From Bacteroidales bacterium (lineage in GTDB: Bacteria; Bacteroidota; Bacteroidia; Bacteroidales; UBA932), in NCBI GenBank assembly GCA_017617035.1, contig JAFZWV010000009.1, positions 21,374-85,373 on the forward strand: a DNA stretch of 64,000 nt. The letters are read 5' to 3'. Positions 54,677-64,000 of the stretch are shown here, in pieces. Position 1 is the first letter of the stretch. Every line of letters starts with the position of its first letter. The notes below the pieces were generated by a model. It ran no database searches, was not told the origin of the DNA, and saw nothing but the letters and a program-made list of their open reading frames with translations. The position numbers were made by a program, and so were the translations under genes.

Positions 54677-56685
54677 GCCAGATTGAATCTATAATGGATA
54701 CGGCTGGAAAGCAGATGGATGGTGCCGTCCGGGGTCTGTGTACCGCAGAAGTAGCCCTTAGGCTCGGCATGGGTCGCATCCATCGTAAAGGTTCCGGTGA
54801 AAGCACCTCCATCAAGGGTGCGGCTCTTACCGTCGGTAAGGAGCTTACCTGCGCTCCAGGTCTTACCCTCATCCTCTGAGAGGTAGACAGTCATTCCGTT
54901 GGAGGTGAAAGTAGCGAACATGATGGGGCCTTCCTGCAGACGAAGCAGTACCTGACGCTGGCCGCTGCCGATCAATGGCCAGTCGGTAAGCGAGAAGGTC
55001 CAGTTATGGCCCATATCGGTACTGACGCTCATAGGGGTTTTACCCGAGCCGGCCAGGTTGAGTCCACGGCCGAACGCCATAAGGGAACCGTCCTTAAGCT
55101 CCACTACTCCGGCATGGATACCGGCGATGCTGTTGCCCGTCTCCCCCACTCCGAAGACCGGACGTTTGCCGTTCCACTGGTCCGCCCAGGTGAAACCGTT
55201 GTCCGAGCTGAGATGGAAGGAAGTAGGGCCGCTGCCGTCGGCGGTTCCGTCGCAACACAGACCGATGCTGCCGTCGCTCAGGATGATGGGGCCGGCGATA
55301 ACCTGATGTCTGACGCCATGGTTGGGCTCAGGCAACACCGGTTTGCTCCAGGTAGCGCCGTTGTCGGTGCTCCTGCGCACACAAAGCGCGAGGTTCTGCC
55401 AGTCGCCCGAATTCGCGACGCCATTCATATGGAGCAGGGTTCCGTCGGCAAGGCGGCAGAGCGCGCTGCCCGTCATATTGCGGTCCGGGACCTTGAAGAA
55501 GGTCGAAGCCGGCTCCCATGCGGTAGCGCCCTTGCGCAGGCGTGAACCGACCACCTCCATCTCGCGGCCGTTCTCTTCGACGGTCGTGAACCAGACGGCG
55601 AGCAGATCGCCGTTGTCGCACCATGTAACGGCAGGCTGGTGGTTATGGGAATAGAACGGAGTACCGTCGGTCGGGGCCACGACGAAGGGGATGGGCTCGA
55701 GGAAGAACGGATCGTTCGAAGGCGAACCCCAGTTATGCTTGGTCTGCGAGACGTTGCGCATATTGGCGGGAACCGCTGTCGAAGGCTCGCTGTAACTGAG
55801 CACGGTCTCGCACTCGACTACTCGGAAACCTATCTGGGTGTGGAAGTCGTCCGGAGTCGCGGCCATACGGTTGGCGCTGCGCAGATACTTCACCGGGGTG
55901 TTGTGGCTGCCGCCGCGGGTAACCTTATAAAGTCCGTCCGAAGGACCGCCCGGGTTGGTCTGCGCATCGGCGGAATATGGGCCGTACCAGTCCTGGCACC
56001 ACTCCTCGACATTGCCGTGCATATCGTAAAGGCCGAAAGAGTTGGGATCGGTCTTACCTACCGACAGGTTCACCGACTGGAGATTGCGGTTGGTCGCCTG
56101 CTGCTTCTGCATGGCGGCAGGGAGCGATGATCCGGTATAGTAGTCGGTCGTAGTTCCCGCCCTGCAGGCATATTCCCACTCAGCCTCGGTAGGAAGGCGG
56201 TAGCTCTTTCCGGTCTGGCCGGAGAGCCACTCGCAGTAGGCTACTGCGTCGTACCAGGAGACATCGACTACGGGCTGATCGTCTCTCTTGGCGATGGACT
56301 CTTCCCTGTCTTCACGTATCTTTTTGTGGGCCGGGGCGAAAGCTTCGTACTGGATGTTGGTGATCTCGCAGGAGCTCATCCTGAAGGCCGAGACGCTCAC
56401 GGAGTGGGCCGGGGCCTCATCGTAGTCGGCGCCGGAAGCGCTGGCCGAGCCCATCATAAAGGTGCCTTCCGGGATCTCCACCATCTCGGGCAGAAGGGCC
56501 GGATCTACCTTGGGCGGCTCCACCTCGGTCGAGTCTTCCGGCGGTGTCACTTCGGAGCTGTCTGTCGGCTCTTCGATAACAGGCTCATCCTTGGGAGGGA
56601 CGTTGTTGGGCGTGCAGGAGAAGCAAGCGCTCAAAAGGAACCATCCTATTACAGTGGTAACAGTCATTAATTCAAGTCTTTTCAT
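54661..56685 (-). CDS. SUMF1/FGE-like domain fused to a BNR (Asp-box) beta-propeller, lipoprotein
   Basis: FMMGS, RLPTEAEWEYACRAG, YDMHGNVEEWC, RGGS and IGFR; four SxDxGxTW-type Asp-boxes. Confidence 0.8.
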   Translation of the reverse strand: MKRLELMTVTTVIGWFLLSACFSCTPNNVPPKDEPVIEEPTDSSEVTPPEDSTEVEPPKVDPALLPEMVEIPEGTFMMGSASASGADYDEAPAHSVSVSAFRMSSCEITNIQYEAFAPAHKKIREDREESIAKRDDQPVVDVSWYDAVAYCEWLSGQTGKSYRLPTEAEWEYACRAGTTTDYYTGSSLPAAMQKQQATNRNLQSVNLSVGKTDPNSFGLYDMHGNVEEWCQDWYGPYSADAQTNPGGPSDGLYKVTRGGSHNTPVKYLRSANRMAATPDDFHTQIGFRVVECETVLSYSEPSTAVPANMRNVSQTKHNWGSPSNDPFFLEPIPFVVAPTDGTPFYSHNHQPAVTWCDNGDLLAVWFTTVEENGREMEVVGSRLRKGATAWEPASTFFKVPDRNMTGSALCRLADGTLLHMNGVANSGDWQNLALCVRRSTDNGATWSKPVLPEPNHGVRHQVIAGPIILSDGSIGLCCDGTADGSGPTSFHLSSDNGFTWADQWNGKRPVFGVGETGNSIAGIHAGVVELKDGSLMAFGRGLNLAGSGKTPMSVSTDMGHNWTFSLTDWPLIGSGQRQVLLRLQEGPIMFATFTSNGMTVYLSEDEGKTWSAGKLLTDGKSRTLDGGAFTGTFTMDATHAEPKGYFCGTQTPDGTIHLLSSRIHYRFNLAWIKQ

Positions 56686-57092
56686 CTTACTACATTACAA
56701 ACTATTGTGATTGTCGAAAAACGGCGCTTCTGCCCATCTGTCGCAACTACCGTGAGGTGGCGCTTCTGAGGGCCGGTAAGATCCTTAAGGTACAGAGTAA
56801 CCTTCAGAGAGGATTTCTTCCCGGAACGAACCGTTTTATTCGAATAATAAGGCTTCGTACAAGAACACTGCGAGTGAACCTCGACCAGATGGACATCACC
56901 CTCCGAGATATTGGTAAAATCGAAGGTGACAGAGACGCTGTCCTGAGATGCGGGCAGTTCTCCAAGATTCACGACGGCCGGATCGAAGCGCAAAAGCTTT
57001 GCGTCCGATCCGGTCTGTGCGTTTGCCTGAAGCGGAAGAGTCAGAAGCAACAGCGACAGAATCAACTTAATTGACTTCCGGACACTTGACAT
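56682..57092 (-). CDS. DUF1573-like Ig-fold protein
   Basis: FDFTNIS...VHSQCSCTKP pattern; start uncertain. Confidence 0.7.
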   Translation of the reverse strand: MSSVRKSIKLILSLLLLTLPLQANAQTGSDAKLLRFDPAVVNLGELPASQDSVSVTFDFTNISEGDVHLVEVHSQCSCTKPYYSNKTVRSGKKSSLKVTLYLKDLTGPQKRHLTVVATDGQKRRFSTITIVCNVVR

Positions 57093-58224
57093 TCTCTTTC
57101 CAGGTGATAGGGTTAGCCGCGACGGCATCATAACCATGGCCGGTAAGGTCGGGAACCACGTTGCCTTCGGAGCCGTTGAAGCGCCAGTATGCGATAAGAC
57201 CTTCAGATGCGGGGTCTACATAGCACTGGTTGTTTTTCATCTCTACCGGAGAAAGCTCCCTCTGCCATATCCTGGCCTCGGAAACATAACCGTTCATTAT
57301 ACGGTTTCCGCAGGAATTGCATATTGCGAAACCTCCTTCCCAGTCCCAGCCGAGGTCGATTGCGCTCTTGCCTGACGAACTGATCTGGCCTTCGACCTCA
57401 CCGTCGACATAGAGGGTGATAAAGCTGCCGTTGTCCACCGCGGCTACGTGGTACCACCTGCCGGTTGTGAAATGGCTCTTGGAGGTAAGCGAAGCTCCGC
57501 GTCCCGCAATCTGAATCTGATCGTTGTCGCAGGAGATATCTCCGAAACGGATCAGGAAGCGCTCTTCCTGGCCTATGACGGTCGCGATACCGGGGTTATG
57601 GCTGGCGGGATAGAATGCGTTCATATAGACGCGGCATTCCATAGTACAAACCCCAAGGTCCCTGAGGTTTTCGTTCAGGACCATCGAAGGTACGTTGAAA
57701 TAGTTGGTGCCACGGTAACTCGAGGCTCCGGTATCGAAGGCCTTGGTAGTGATGATCTGATTGATAGTCACATATTTGTACTGCGACGCTTCGAGTATGC
57801 CCATTCCGTTGGAGGTGGAGGAAATCTTCAGAGGCAGGCAGTACAGGGTCCCTTCTTCGAGGTCGTCCAATGAATCAATGCTAAGGAAAACCGGAGCCGA
57901 GACATTGGATCCGCCCTTGATCACCGGAGAGGTCGAAGAAATCGAATAGGACGATGCGGGAAGTATTTTGTAAGAGGTTCCGCGGGACGCGTTGAACGAA
58001 TCAAGTGCGCCGTCGTCGACCATAATACTTACGGTAACATCCGATTCAACCCTACACGAAGCGGTGACGGATACTCCTATAGAGCTGGGACCGTCGAGAT
58101 ACATACTGGAGACGGGAGAATTCTCGTTTCCGGTAAAATACACCACGTCCGCATATTGGAGTGTGTTCTTGCAGCCCGTCAGAAGGCCGGCTGCAACAAG
58201 CAGATATAAGTATGCTCTTTTCAT
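57067..58224 (-). CDS. DUF1735 + LamG surface glycan-binding lipoprotein
   Basis: Lipobox LTGC, YCLPLKI, WYHVAAV...LYVDG and GLIAYWRF. Confidence 0.82.
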   Translation of the reverse strand: MKRAYLYLLVAAGLLTGCKNTLQYADVVYFTGNENSPVSSMYLDGPSSIGVSVTASCRVESDVTVSIMVDDGALDSFNASRGTSYKILPASSYSISSTSPVIKGGSNVSAPVFLSIDSLDDLEEGTLYCLPLKISSTSNGMGILEASQYKYVTINQIITTKAFDTGASSYRGTNYFNVPSMVLNENLRDLGVCTMECRVYMNAFYPASHNPGIATVIGQEERFLIRFGDISCDNDQIQIAGRGASLTSKSHFTTGRWYHVAAVDNGSFITLYVDGEVEGQISSSGKSAIDLGWDWEGGFAICNSCGNRIMNGYVSEARIWQRELSPVEMKNNQCYVDPASEGLIAYWRFNGSEGNVVPDLTGHGYDAVAANPITWKENVKCPEVN

Positions 58225-58231
58225 AATGGTT

Positions 58232-59350
58232 CTATTCTTCTGCTTCTGCGGGAGGGTATGCTCCTGCGGGGTTCTGAATCTGGATGGCCCTTCTCATGTG
58301 GCCGTAAGGGACGAGGTTGTCCGAGCCGGAGTCTACGGTGTTGTAGTCGCGCTGGCCATGGAAGGCGCCGAAGCCGCCCTTTCTCTTACCGGAGGAATGC
58401 TGGAATGCGGCTATGTTCTCCATCTCGCCGCCTGTCTTCCAGAGGTCGCCGATGTTGTCGGCAAAGACCTGCTTCTCGACCGGCCAGTTGCTGTTGAAGG
58501 CTCCGTCGGAGATGTAGTTGCCCTGGTTGCTGTAGAGTTGGCGGACCTTGTAGTTTACGTAAGCCTCGGTAGCGTTCGGCGGATTGGCGCCGTAGTGATC
58601 GATGATGAGGAGCTTGGAAGGATCCTTGGCTCCTTCTCCGCAGCCTATGAACTGGCCGAGATACTGGATGAACAGCGTCATACGGTCGCCGCTGAGCATA
58701 TCGCCTTCGGGTTCATAGTCAAGGTCGATACCGTCGAGGTCGTTGTCGTACATCTCGGCAAGGAGATAGTCGCCGAGTTTCTGACACCACTCCGGGTAGT
58801 TGCCTTCGGCGTCTACCTTACGGTGGGCAAGAACGTCGGAGTTGCCGGCGTCGATTCCGGCGGCATCCGCGACCTGCTCCGCGATGGTAGCGGCTTCCTC
58901 GGGAGTCTTACCCTCGGCGATAGCCGCGTCATATGCGGGCTGATAGGCCGCATTGTAGGCATCCATATAAGCCGTCATCTGAAGCTTCTTGAAGAAGTAC
59001 TTCACTCGGATTATAGTTACGGTTACGAGCTTAGTTCCCTTCAGGCGCCTCATCTCGTACATCTCGTCATAATCGAGGGTTCCTTTCTTGGGGATACCGC
59101 CCCAGAGGGAGACTATATCGACACTGTCGGGGATAGCCGAGAATCGGTAGGCCGGAGATGACGGGACCCCGTAGTCGGCAAACCACAGGTAGCAAATGGA
59201 GTGATCGCTCTCTTTGTAGCGTCGAAGCGCCGCATAGTAGTCGTCACTTTTCTTTACTCGCGTCTGGAGCTCCAGGGGAATAGGGTCGGTGCAGGCAGTC
59301 AGGACTGCAAGCGCGACGAAAAGGCTGGAAATAATGTATTTAGCTTTCAT
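58232..59350 (-). CDS. GH18 endo-beta-N-acetylglucosaminidase-like lipoprotein
   Basis: Lipobox LTAC, YYAALRRYK, PDSVDIVSLW and intact DGIDLDYE motif. Confidence 0.82.
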   Translation of the reverse strand: MKAKYIISSLFVALAVLTACTDPIPLELQTRVKKSDDYYAALRRYKESDHSICYLWFADYGVPSSPAYRFSAIPDSVDIVSLWGGIPKKGTLDYDEMYEMRRLKGTKLVTVTIIRVKYFFKKLQMTAYMDAYNAAYQPAYDAAIAEGKTPEEAATIAEQVADAAGIDAGNSDVLAHRKVDAEGNYPEWCQKLGDYLLAEMYDNDLDGIDLDYEPEGDMLSGDRMTLFIQYLGQFIGCGEGAKDPSKLLIIDHYGANPPNATEAYVNYKVRQLYSNQGNYISDGAFNSNWPVEKQVFADNIGDLWKTGGEMENIAAFQHSSGKRKGGFGAFHGQRDYNTVDSGSDNLVPYGHMRRAIQIQNPAGAYPPAEAEE

Positions 59351-59359
59351 AATACCGTC

Positions 59360-60955
59360 TTATTTTTTGTCCCACCAAAGTTTAGTGCCTCCGTTGTCTC
59401 CGGTTCCTCCGGAAGACTCGCCAAGCAGAATAGTAACCGCCTCTTCCACAGCCTCCTGATTGGTGGAATACTCGGTGTCGGGATAATTAAGCCTGCGTAT
59501 CTGTACGCTCGTACTGATAACTCCGGGGTTGCGGTTCACGGCAACGGGAATCACTTTCGGATATGCAGTTCTTCTGAACTCGGACCAGGCTTCCTGGCCG
59601 CAAGGGAAAATAGCGATATACTTCTGGGTGATAATCTGCTCGAGATGCTTCTCGGCAGTTCCTCCCGACACCCACTGAACCGGAACATCGGACAGAGGGG
59701 ATGTAACGGAGTTGGATGAGACCACTACGTCTGTATAAGCTCCGGGAGTAAGAGTCGCATCGGCGATGTAGGCGTCGGCACCGCTCGCTCCTGCCGCATC
59801 GAAGGAAACACGGATACCCTCTTCGTAGCAGTCTTTCGCAGCGGACTCGGTACCCCAGCGAAGTTCGTATTCGGCGCGCAGGAACCATGCTTCCGCAGCC
59901 TGCATCCAGACCATAGGATCATTGTTGGTGCAATTGATCTTAGAGAGGAGAGTGCTGTTCTTGTATGCTTCGGTTATGTTGATGCCGTTACGAACGCCGT
60001 GGTACTGGCCGTCCGAACCCTTGATGAAGTAGTTCGCAAGACGAGGGTCGGCATAGCCGTTCATATAAGCTTCGATAGTCGCTCCGATGGCGGAATCGTT
60101 GAAGTTGTACTGAATGACATAGAGAGGATACTCCCACGCTCCGCTGGCCGGACGCTTGCAGGCGGCGACATCGGCCTTGGTCTGCAGGAGGCCATAAGTG
60201 TTGGCCAGAGCGGCGTCGGCCTGGGTCTTGGCCAGAGCTGCATCGGCATAAACTACGCGAAGCGCAAGGCGAAGACGGAGGGTATTGGCGAACTTGATCC
60301 AGGAGGCGACATCGCCGCCGTAGACATTGTCGTACTCGGCTACGAGTTTCGCTCCGGGGTTCGCAGTTACGTACTCGCTCAGGACTGCGATCGCAGCGTC
60401 GAGCTCGCTGAAGAACGCGCCATAGATATCCTGCTGGGAGTTGTATTTCTGGTGCAGTTCTCCGGCCTTGAGACCGATATAAGGGATAGGGCCGTAGGTA
60501 TCGGTCACACGGTGCATGGCGGCGACTTTCATAATGTCGCCTATCGCCGCGACCTGAGGCTGGCTGTCGCGCCAGGAGTCAAGCTGATTCCAGGCCGAAA
60601 TCAAACGGACGTAGGCATCGGTGAACATCGCGCGATACCAGCTGCCGGCAGTAATGTCGTACTGGTTGTTGTAGCGCCAGCCGGCATTGATAGCTCCGGT
60701 ATAGCCGGCGAAGATATTGCCGGCGAGGTCTTCAATAATCTGATAATTGCTGCTTCCGTATTCCTCTTCTCCCGCCTGATAGGTAGGAAGGACGTTTCGC
60801 GTCATCTGCGAAAAAGCGGAACCGGTAGAGAGATTATCGTAGGAGAGCATCTCGCGGGTAGCCTGCTCTTTGTTGGTATTCCTGTCTGCAAAATCCTTCG
60901 TACAGGAAACCGCCGCCAGGGCAGCAATGATTATAAGAATCGATACTTTTTTCAT
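59360..60955 (-). CDS. SusD/RagB family lipoprotein
   Basis: Lipobox AVSC, RVTDTYGPIPY, WIKFANTLRLRLA, IITQKYIA and LWWD. Confidence 0.92.
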   Translation of the reverse strand: MKKVSILIIIAALAAVSCTKDFADRNTNKEQATREMLSYDNLSTGSAFSQMTRNVLPTYQAGEEEYGSSNYQIIEDLAGNIFAGYTGAINAGWRYNNQYDITAGSWYRAMFTDAYVRLISAWNQLDSWRDSQPQVAAIGDIMKVAAMHRVTDTYGPIPYIGLKAGELHQKYNSQQDIYGAFFSELDAAIAVLSEYVTANPGAKLVAEYDNVYGGDVASWIKFANTLRLRLALRVVYADAALAKTQADAALANTYGLLQTKADVAACKRPASGAWEYPLYVIQYNFNDSAIGATIEAYMNGYADPRLANYFIKGSDGQYHGVRNGINITEAYKNSTLLSKINCTNNDPMVWMQAAEAWFLRAEYELRWGTESAAKDCYEEGIRVSFDAAGASGADAYIADATLTPGAYTDVVVSSNSVTSPLSDVPVQWVSGGTAEKHLEQIITQKYIAIFPCGQEAWSEFRRTAYPKVIPVAVNRNPGVISTSVQIRRLNYPDTEYSTNQEAVEEAVTILLGESSGGTGDNGGTKLWWDKK

Positions 60956-60967
60956 ATTTCCTGTGTT

Positions 60968-63900
60968 TTAGAAGGTTACTTTTGCTGAGAATCCGATATT
61001 GCGGGTCGAAGGCATCATGAAGTAGTCGATGCCGGCTGCGTAGTTGCCAGCTCCCGCGACCTGCTCGGGATCGAAGGGAGCCCTGCAGTAGATCATAAGG
61101 AGGTTGCGGCCGACGAGGCTCAACTGCAGGCCTTTTACCCACTTTGTCCATTTGTCGACCGGGATGTTGTAGCCCAGGGTCATCTCGCCCAGGCGGACAT
61201 TGGTCATCGAATAGGCATAGCAGGCGCCGATCGCATTGGAACCGTTTCCGCCCACGGTCGTGTAGTAAGACTCCACGTCGGTAAGCGGATAGCCGTTGAC
61301 CGGAACGCCGCCGTTGTCGCGGTAATAGCCGCTGCGCTCAGAGACGCCATAGTAATCGAGGGCTGCCTGAGTGAGGGAGACTCCGACACCGCCTACCCTC
61401 GCGTTGATCATGAACGAGAAGCTGAGACGGTCCCACACGAAGGAGTTGCGCCAGGAAAGCATCCAGTCGGGGTTGGTGTTGCCCGCCTTGATAAAGACGT
61501 CGCGGGCTGTCGCGACGACTCCACCCGTAGGCGAGACCCAGATGAAGCCCTCGGAGTCGGTCTTGAGGGTGTTGACATACAGGTCACCGATGCTGCCGCC
61601 AGTAGTCAGACGCATCTTGACTCCGGAGGTTCCGCCCATATCGAGGGTGTCGATCGTGACGGTCTGTCCGTCGATTTCGGTCTGCAGCATCTGGGCGATC
61701 TTGTTTCGGTTGAGCGACCATGTCGCATTGGAGGTCCATTTGACGGGACCGAGATCCTGCTTAAGCTCGGCTGACAGCTCTACGCCCTTGTTGTCTACGC
61801 GACCTGCGTTGATGTAGTAGGTACTGTAGGTCGAGGTACTGGAAATCTCGGGGGTGAAGACCTGGTTGTAGGTCTTGGAGCTATAGTAAGTCGCGCTCAG
61901 GCTGAGGACACCTCCGAACAGACGGGCGTCTGCGCCGAACTCCCAGGAGCTCGTACGCTCAGGCTGGAAGTCGGGAGAAGTCATATAGGTAACCGTCTGA
62001 GGGATACCGCCCGCAACCGAGTATGTCGGGTTTGCGAGGTAGCGCATCGGGGCGTTGCCCACCTGCGCATATGAGGCGCGCACCTTCGCGAAAGGAAGGA
62101 CATCGGATTTGATGTCGAACAGGTCGGTCACGACTGCGGAAAGGCCTACCGAAGGATAAACGATAGGCTTAAGCTTCTCTCCATGCTTGGCAAGGGCCGA
62201 AGACCAGTCGCTGCGGATGGTGACGTCCATGAAGACGCTGTTGAGCCATCCGAGCTGGGCGGTAGCAAAGACCGACTGGGTCTGGTCGTTGATAGTCTCC
62301 TTTACGAAGTCGCGATTCGGCTCCATGTTCGCAAGGGTGAAGAGATTCGGAACGCCGATAAGGTCGCCCGCCGTCTTTGTAGAACGGAAAGAGTAGTCTT
62401 CCACGGCGGCGCCGAGGGTACCCTCGACCGAGAAGTTATCCCACCTCTTATGTGCGTTCAAAAGGACGTCGGCATAGGTCTGCTGAGTCATATACTCGTT
62501 GTAGAAGTAGCGGCCCTTATTGCCGGCGAATGTTCCGAGCGAGGTAGCGTAGTTCTTCTGCTCCGAAAGGATATCCGTATAATCGGTCCTGGCGCGTCCG
62601 GTAAGGTCGAGCCATGAGGCGAGTTCCACCTTTACTGAACCTCCGAGAAGGAAACGGTCCTTACCGGTGGAGAAGGTATTCCTGTTGACGATCCAGAAGG
62701 GGTTCTGCATGTCGAGATTCAGATCTCCCCAGTTCCAGTACTGGGTCTTGAATCCGCGCTCGGCGTCGTACCTCTCATAGATAGCGTATTTGTGGAGATC
62801 GTCTCCGGGCGACATCAGATACACGGGGATAAGAGGATTGTAATACTGGCCGCCGGCGGTCATATTCTCTTCGTCCACTTTCATGTACATACCCAGCAGG
62901 CTGACCTGCACCTTCCCGCCGAAAAGATCCGCGGTATGGTGGGCAGTAAGATTGTAGCGTCCGTATTCATTGCCGGGGACTACGCCTCTTGCATCCACCA
63001 TCGAGGCCGAAAGGTAAGTCGAATAGTTATCCTCTCCGAAGGAAACGCCTATCGAGTTCTGGGTGTTGTAACCGGTCTGGAAGAATTCGTCCATGGACCA
63101 CTTCGAAGGCGAGAGCATCTTCCGGCCCCAGGAGGAGTAGTAGCCCTCTTTCTGTCCGTAGGAAGTCTGAACTGCCGGGAGCATGAAAGGAGATGCGAAG
63201 GTAGTGTTGTTGGAGAAACTAACGCGCAGTCCCTTTTCGCCGGTTCTGGTAGTGAGCATCATCACTCCGTTCGCAGCCTTGGATCCGTAAAGAGCCGCTG
63301 CGGAGGGGCCTACGAGGGCCGACATATCGGCGATATCGTCCGAATTGAAATTGGAGATACCGTCGCCGGTCACGGCGCTGCCGCTGTAGATATCGAACTT
63401 GTCTCCGGGATTAGTGAGCGACAGGGCGGGCAGCGGAATTCCGTCAAGGACATACAGGGCATTGTTGTTGCCCGCGATAGACTTCGCTCCGCGCATAACC
63501 ACTTTGGTCTCTCCTCCGATACCGGCCGACGAGGCGTTTACCTGGACACCGGCGAGGCGTCCGGCGAGAGAATTGACGAAGTTGGCGTCTTTCACTGCGA
63601 AAGCAGTTTCGTCCACGCTCTGGACGATGTAGGAAACCGCCCTCTCCGATCGTTTGATACCAAGGGCCGTCACGACAACCCCGTCGAGGGTAAGATCGTC
63701 CGGCTCGAGTACGACATTGATCAGCTCGCGGCCCGAGATTTCAATCACGAGATCCTGCATGCCGATGTAGGAGAAGCGAAGGCTATTAACAGAAGAGGGG
63801 ACCTCCAGGATATAGTTACCATCCAAATCGGTAACGGTTCCCACCGAGGGAAGCCCCTCCGCCAAGACTCCGGCGCCCATAAGAGGAAGCCCTTCCTGGT

Positions 63901-64000
63901 CCTTTACCGTACCCCTTATGATACGGTTGTCCTGGGCAAAGGCCAGCGCCTGGGTCAAAAAAACGGCCAATAACAATATGACCGGAAATTTGGTTTTCAG
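60968..64000 (-). CDS. SusC/RagA TonB-dependent transporter; start probably just beyond the window
   Basis: VVVTALG, LYVLDGIP, AAALYGSKAANG and C-terminal F; frame stays open to base 64000. Confidence 0.93.
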   Translation of the reverse strand: MKTKFPVILLLAVFLTQALAFAQDNRIIRGTVKDQEGLPLMGAGVLAEGLPSVGTVTDLDGNYILEVPSSVNSLRFSYIGMQDLVIEISGRELINVVLEPDDLTLDGVVVTALGIKRSERAVSYIVQSVDETAFAVKDANFVNSLAGRLAGVQVNASSAGIGGETKVVMRGAKSIAGNNNALYVLDGIPLPALSLTNPGDKFDIYSGSAVTGDGISNFNSDDIADMSALVGPSAAALYGSKAANGVMMLTTRTGEKGLRVSFSNNTTFASPFMLPAVQTSYGQKEGYYSSWGRKMLSPSKWSMDEFFQTGYNTQNSIGVSFGEDNYSTYLSASMVDARGVVPGNEYGRYNLTAHHTADLFGGKVQVSLLGMYMKVDEENMTAGGQYYNPLIPVYLMSPGDDLHKYAIYERYDAERGFKTQYWNWGDLNLDMQNPFWIVNRNTFSTGKDRFLLGGSVKVELASWLDLTGRARTDYTDILSEQKNYATSLGTFAGNKGRYFYNEYMTQQTYADVLLNAHKRWDNFSVEGTLGAAVEDYSFRSTKTAGDLIGVPNLFTLANMEPNRDFVKETINDQTQSVFATAQLGWLNSVFMDVTIRSDWSSALAKHGEKLKPIVYPSVGLSAVVTDLFDIKSDVLPFAKVRASYAQVGNAPMRYLANPTYSVAGGIPQTVTYMTSPDFQPERTSSWEFGADARLFGGVLSLSATYYSSKTYNQVFTPEISSTSTYSTYYINAGRVDNKGVELSAELKQDLGPVKWTSNATWSLNRNKIAQMLQTEIDGQTVTIDTLDMGGTSGVKMRLTTGGSIGDLYVNTLKTDSEGFIWVSPTGGVVATARDVFIKAGNTNPDWMLSWRNSFVWDRLSFSFMINARVGGVGVSLTQAALDYYGVSERSGYYRDNGGVPVNGYPLTDVESYYTTVGGNGSNAIGACYAYSMTNVRLGEMTLGYNIPVDKWTKWVKGLQLSLVGRNLLMIYCRAPFDPEQVAGAGNYAAGIDYFMMPSTRNIGFSAKVTF

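Overview
Core-genome window of a moderately GC-rich Bacteroidales bacterium, inferred from TAnnTTTG promoters, a SusC/SusD pair and the Bacteroidetes-type dcw gene order. Left part: gdhA, skp-bamA-uppS-nadK, pdxJ operon, recN-rpoZ-bamD-trxB-miaB, rpoN-fur-upp-radC, an Omp85/kinase/GH109/preA operon and tRNA-His. Middle: the mraZ-ftsZ dcw cluster followed by gltX-rpiB-truB. Right: GH92, GH3, a GH92-GH2 fusion and an N-glycan-type PUL. No transposase, integrase or cas gene was seen. The most unusual signal is four families of small palindromic DNA elements. Family A (TGTCATTTCGA...GAGAAATCTC) was found only inside coding sequences. It is translated in the same frame in three unrelated proteins (LysM protein, RsmH, TruB), giving a shared EISPxAxL(G/S)R(N/D)D peptide, much like Rickettsia palindromic elements. 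Also notable: many promoters whose -7 box sits 3-9 nt from the start codon (candidate leaderless mRNAs), a peptide deformylase with a lipoprotein signal, and a rearranged palindromic region behind tRNA-His. All calls come from reading the sequence by eye; no searches were run.
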